DNA of 63,813 nucleotides, filler included, from Olpidium bornovanus S191 (Eukaryota > Fungi > Olpidiomycota), in the NCBI GenBank assembly GCA_017911155.1. It is 29 parts of 29 records of this genome, joined end to end, with 100 filler letters (N's around TTAATTAATTAA, not from the genome) between each part and the next. Parts side by side here need not be neighbours in the genome. Positions count along the whole stretch, not along the records: positions 60,049 to 61,548 come from JAEFCI010011993.1; positions 61,649 to 63,813 come from JAEFCI010003863.1; 27 more parts are not named here. One strand, 5' to 3'. Below the pieces are notes generated by a model. The model saw nothing but the letters and a program-made list of their open reading frames with translations. It had not been told where the DNA came from and did not search any database. Positions within the stretch are counted from its first letter, which is position 1, and each line of letters begins with the position of its first letter. Of this stretch, positions 60,606 through 63,813 are shown piece by piece. Made by a program: the position numbers and the translations under genes.

Positions 60606-61451
60606 ACCCGGGGGGAGGGGGGGGGGTTTAAGGTACAAAAAAAAAAAGTAAAATAAAAAATAAAAATAAAATAACAAAAGGGGAAAGTGGGTGGGTGTGA
60701 AAAATATAAAATAAAATAAAAAAGAAAAATCATCCGCGCTTTGCGATTTTTACCGCCTCGCGGCCGGAAATATGTGCCACATGCGTAAAGCGCGACGCCG
60801 CCCACGCCGCGTGTTTGTTCGACCGCGGCCCGTCACCCCCCCGCCCCCCTTTTTGACCATGCCCGCGGGTGAGGGATGGTGTAATGGGAGGGGGAGGGGG
60901 GGTGAGGGGTTCCAAGGGAAGTTGTAAACGTTGAGGCCGCGCCAGGATCCCGTTCCGAGTTCCGAGCGGCGGCGGCGGCGGCGGCTGGGGAGAGAAGATT
61001 CTCCGTCGCGCGACTACCGGGGGAACCCCTACCCCACCCCGTGGGCTCGGCGCCCGGGTGCCGCGGCCCGGCTCGGTTGGAATATAAAATTACGCTCACA
61101 ATTTTTTGTTAGTGATGTATTTACTTCCGACGGCGCGGCCCCCTGGTCGACGCCGCGGCCGGCGAAACCGCTATACAGTTCACAACGGCGCACGACGGCG
61201 TTCGGGGGGAGAGGGGGAGAGTGGGGCGGGAAGGGGCCGGGGGGTCGTTCTTCGTCACTTTTTGTTTTCGAAGGCCGGCTTGGCGGGGGGAAGGGGCCGG
61301 CGGCCGGGGCCGGAACTAGCCAAGCTAGTGATAGATAAATGAAAAAAAAAAAAAAAAAAAAAAGCCCGAAAAAAAAAACCGAAAAAAGAAAGGAAAAAAA
61401 AACGAGGGGGAAAGAAGGGCTTTTTTTTATGGAAAGCCAACCGGAGGAAGA

Positions 61452-61513
<62 letters not shown>

Positions 61514-62256
61514 TTTCCCCCCGGCCCCGCCCCACGGGGCCCCCGGGGNNNNNNNNNNNNNNNNNNNNNNNNNNNNNNNNNNNNNNNNNNNNTTAATTAA
61601 TTAANNNNNNNNNNNNNNNNNNNNNNNNNNNNNNNNNNNNNNNNNNNNTATACCATTGTCAACGCACTACTAACTAACTAACCAATTTGAGAATTCTAAA
61701 TTTCTATATGTAATTATAAACTATCTATCCATATCCCGTCCTTGATTGTTACGTTCTTTTTTGCATGGGATTTAGTGTTACGCATTCTGCATAAGACTCT
61801 TGGTATTGGGGCTTCGGCCAGATTTTTCTGTTAAGACCCAAACCTAACTAGCTGTTCGGGAATCACTCGCAACGGCGTTCCACGCCGGGCCCGCCGGCGC
61901 GCTGACCTCCCCCCTCTCCATCCCCCCCCCCTTTCTCCCGCCCCCCCTCGTGACAATCCGCCCAGGTGCACAATCCGGAGAACCGCCTCAACATGGCGCA
62001 CAGCGGCAATTCCGCAAGAACAAATGAGCTGACGCTTCTCATATGACGCAACCCCCTCCCACCCCCCGCCCACCGCAAGAAACACACACATGACACGCGC
62101 TCCTCCCTTGAAAAAGTCGCACCGATTAGGCGCGCGCATGCCGCCGATATTCAATCATAATATATGCAAGTACATAATAATTAAAAGTGTTTTTTGGTTT
62201 TAGAGACGGATGCCGCCGTTAAGGACGTTCGCCGTCAAGAGCGCGGAAAAAAATTT

Positions 62257-63813
62257 TCACGCAGAGGGCTGCGGGGAGAGGGAAAACGAAAGGCCCGCCG
62301 GCTGCTGGTGCTGGTGCTGCTGCTCAGAAGACGGTGGCTCCGGTGGCGGCGCCTGGGAAGGCATGTCCGCAGGCAGGAGCCCTGATGGAGGCGGCGGCGG
62401 CGGCGGGGGCAGCAGCGAGTACGCGCCGAACCGGGCGAACGAGTCCGAAAAAGACGGTAGGGTCGGCGCGGCGGCCGCGTCGGAGGGTTGGCGTGGCAAA
62501 GGTTCCCAGCGACCACCTCGCGGGCCCACAAACCTCGGCATTTGCCGGCCCAGCAAGCTCGCCATCGGCGGTAGCAGCCCCGCGGGTAGGTGCGCAGACG
62601 GGTCCTGCTCCTGACCGGCGGCGGCGACAGGCGCTGCAGGCACAGCCCGGTATTGCGGCTGGTGTCCGAAAGTCGACATGGGACTGCTATCATGTTCGAC
62701 CGCAGGCTGGATATGCACGGTCGTCGTTGTCTCCTCAGGAGCCGCGAACGCCACCTCCGGATGCGAGTCCTTACACTGCCATTTCTTCCGGCCGCGTGGC
62801 TGCGCGCGCGCAATTTCTGTTTCCTCGTTCGCAGCCGGGTACCGACCATCCGAAGACGAACCGGCCAGGTCGTACCGGCGCGCCTCGTCGGCAAAGCGAT
62901 CTCGTCCGTCGTGCTTGATGTCGCTTTCCGCCCGCCGCTCGTCTGCAACACGCGCGGCGGCCGCGTCGCGGTGGCTGCTGTCCGCCAACGCCTGGTACCG
63001 GCTCGGAACGAAATTCAGTTCGACCTTCGGTGGAGGAGGAGGGCCCCCGCCCGCAACGTCTTGGGCGAATGCGAAGGACGGTTGCCGCTGACGCCCGCTC
63101 GAAGGACTGCGGGAGCAGCGTGGACCTCGCGGCGGATAAGCGCTCTCCGGCGATGGGCCGCGGAAAAGGTAGTGCCCGATGGAAGTCGAGTGGTAGTTTG
63201 AGGATATTTCTGGCAGTTCCGCGCTCGTTCCACCACGGCCGGACCTGGCGGTTAAAGGCGACTTCTGGTATGCGGAGCAATCTCGGCGGTGGCCTTCGGG
63301 TGGGACTGTGTTGATTGGAGGGGGGCGCGGAAGCGGAAATGTTTCGGCCACCGTCCGCTTCGATGAAGCGACCGCCAACAAGCCCTCAACCGCAAGATGT
63401 TCTTTCTGCGTGCTTGGAGAGAGCAGGTTAGCCCGCTTAGGCAGCGGCACGTCCCCAACGTTTCCACGTGAGTCTCCAGCCGCTACGGTAGCATCGATTT
63501 TGGCCAGCAGCTGCTGCGCTCCATCCAAGAGCTGGGCAAGACGGTCGGCCTCCAGTGCGATGGACAACCGGTAGCCCCTCAACGACTCAAGGTCAGATTG
63601 AGACAGGATCGAGGCAGGCAAACGCGCTAAAACCGGCGGTGGTGCCGCCGTTGCAGAGTGATGCGTCGATCCATCCCGGTCCAATGTTGGGCCATGACCA
63701 AGCTCGTAGGCTGAGCGCGCCAACGTCGGCCGGCTTTCCACCGGGGCTTCTCTTTCAAAAACGGCGCTGGCCGACTCGGCGCCTCCGGCGCCCGAATTTA
63801 TAGGTTCCGGACA
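62257..63813 (-). CDS. Large P/S/A-rich hypothetical ORF, open to the window end
   Basis: More than 500 uninterrupted codons, mostly disordered, with one helical patch (LESLRGYRLSIALEADRLAQLLDGAQQLL). No family recognised. Confidence 0.55.
   Translation of the reverse strand, partial: CPEPINSGAGGAESASAVFEREAPVESRPTLARSAYELGHGPTLDRDGSTHHSATAAPPPVLARLPASILSQSDLESLRGYRLSIALEADRLAQLLDGAQQLLAKIDATVAAGDSRGNVGDVPLPKRANLLSPSTQKEHLAVEGLLAVASSKRTVAETFPLPRPPPINTVPPEGHRRDCSAYQKSPLTARSGRGGTSAELPEISSNYHSTSIGHYLFRGPSPESAYPPRGPRCSRSPSSGRQRQPSFAFAQDVAGGGPPPPPKVELNFVPSRYQALADSSHRDAAAARVADERRAESDIKHDGRDRFADEARRYDLAGSSSDGRYPAANEETEIARAQPRGRKKWQCKDSHPEVAFAAPEETTTTVHIQPAVEHDSSPMSTFGHQPQYRAVPAAPVAAAGQEQDPSAHLPAGLLPPMASLLGRQMPRFVGPRGGRWEPLPRQPSDAAAAPTLPSFSDSFARFGAYSLLPPPPPPPPSGLLPADMPSQAPPPEPPSSEQQHQHQQPAGLSFSLSPQPSA

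Noticed and set aside
2039-61648. Regularly recurring TTAATTAATTAA repeat resembling an array
   Set aside because: It is always embedded in N runs and encodes stops in all frames: an artificial scaffolding linker, not a CRISPR array or genomic repeat.
1-63813. rRNA, tRNA, prokaryotic operons or phage genes
   Set aside because: No recognisable conserved RNA motifs or prokaryotic gene organisation; most recognised genes carry spliceosomal introns.

Overview
Eukaryotic, GC-rich, intron-rich fungal DNA, not a prokaryotic locus. The window is a pseudo-scaffold of about 29 short contigs (1-4 kb) joined by artificial 100-nt linkers (about N44-TTAATTAATTAA-N44), so adjacency across linkers has no biological meaning. 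By manual splicing and motif recall (no database searches run) I recognise partial or complete genes for eIF3a, UBA3, GEA/GBF1, an ABCF protein, ATP1, PFS2/WDR33, an Msp1-like AAA ATPase, SEC9, a secreted CocE/NonD hydrolase, copine, an LMBR1 protein, SNF2, YOS1, TFB4, p23/SBA1 and RCY1. Two cilium/centriole-associated genes (SSNA1/NA14 and a MOK kinase) point to a zoosporic (flagellated) fungus. There are four degenerate Ty1/copia fragments. The most unusual item is a Ty1/copia element (integrase before RT) with a canonical chromodomain at the integrase C-terminus, itself hit by two nested TG...CA insertions with target-site duplications. Also notable: a SnoaL/NTF2-like protein with Jupiter/HN1/SPIRAL1-like PGG motifs, and a FAM177-like gene. 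No rRNA, tRNA or CRISPR array was seen.
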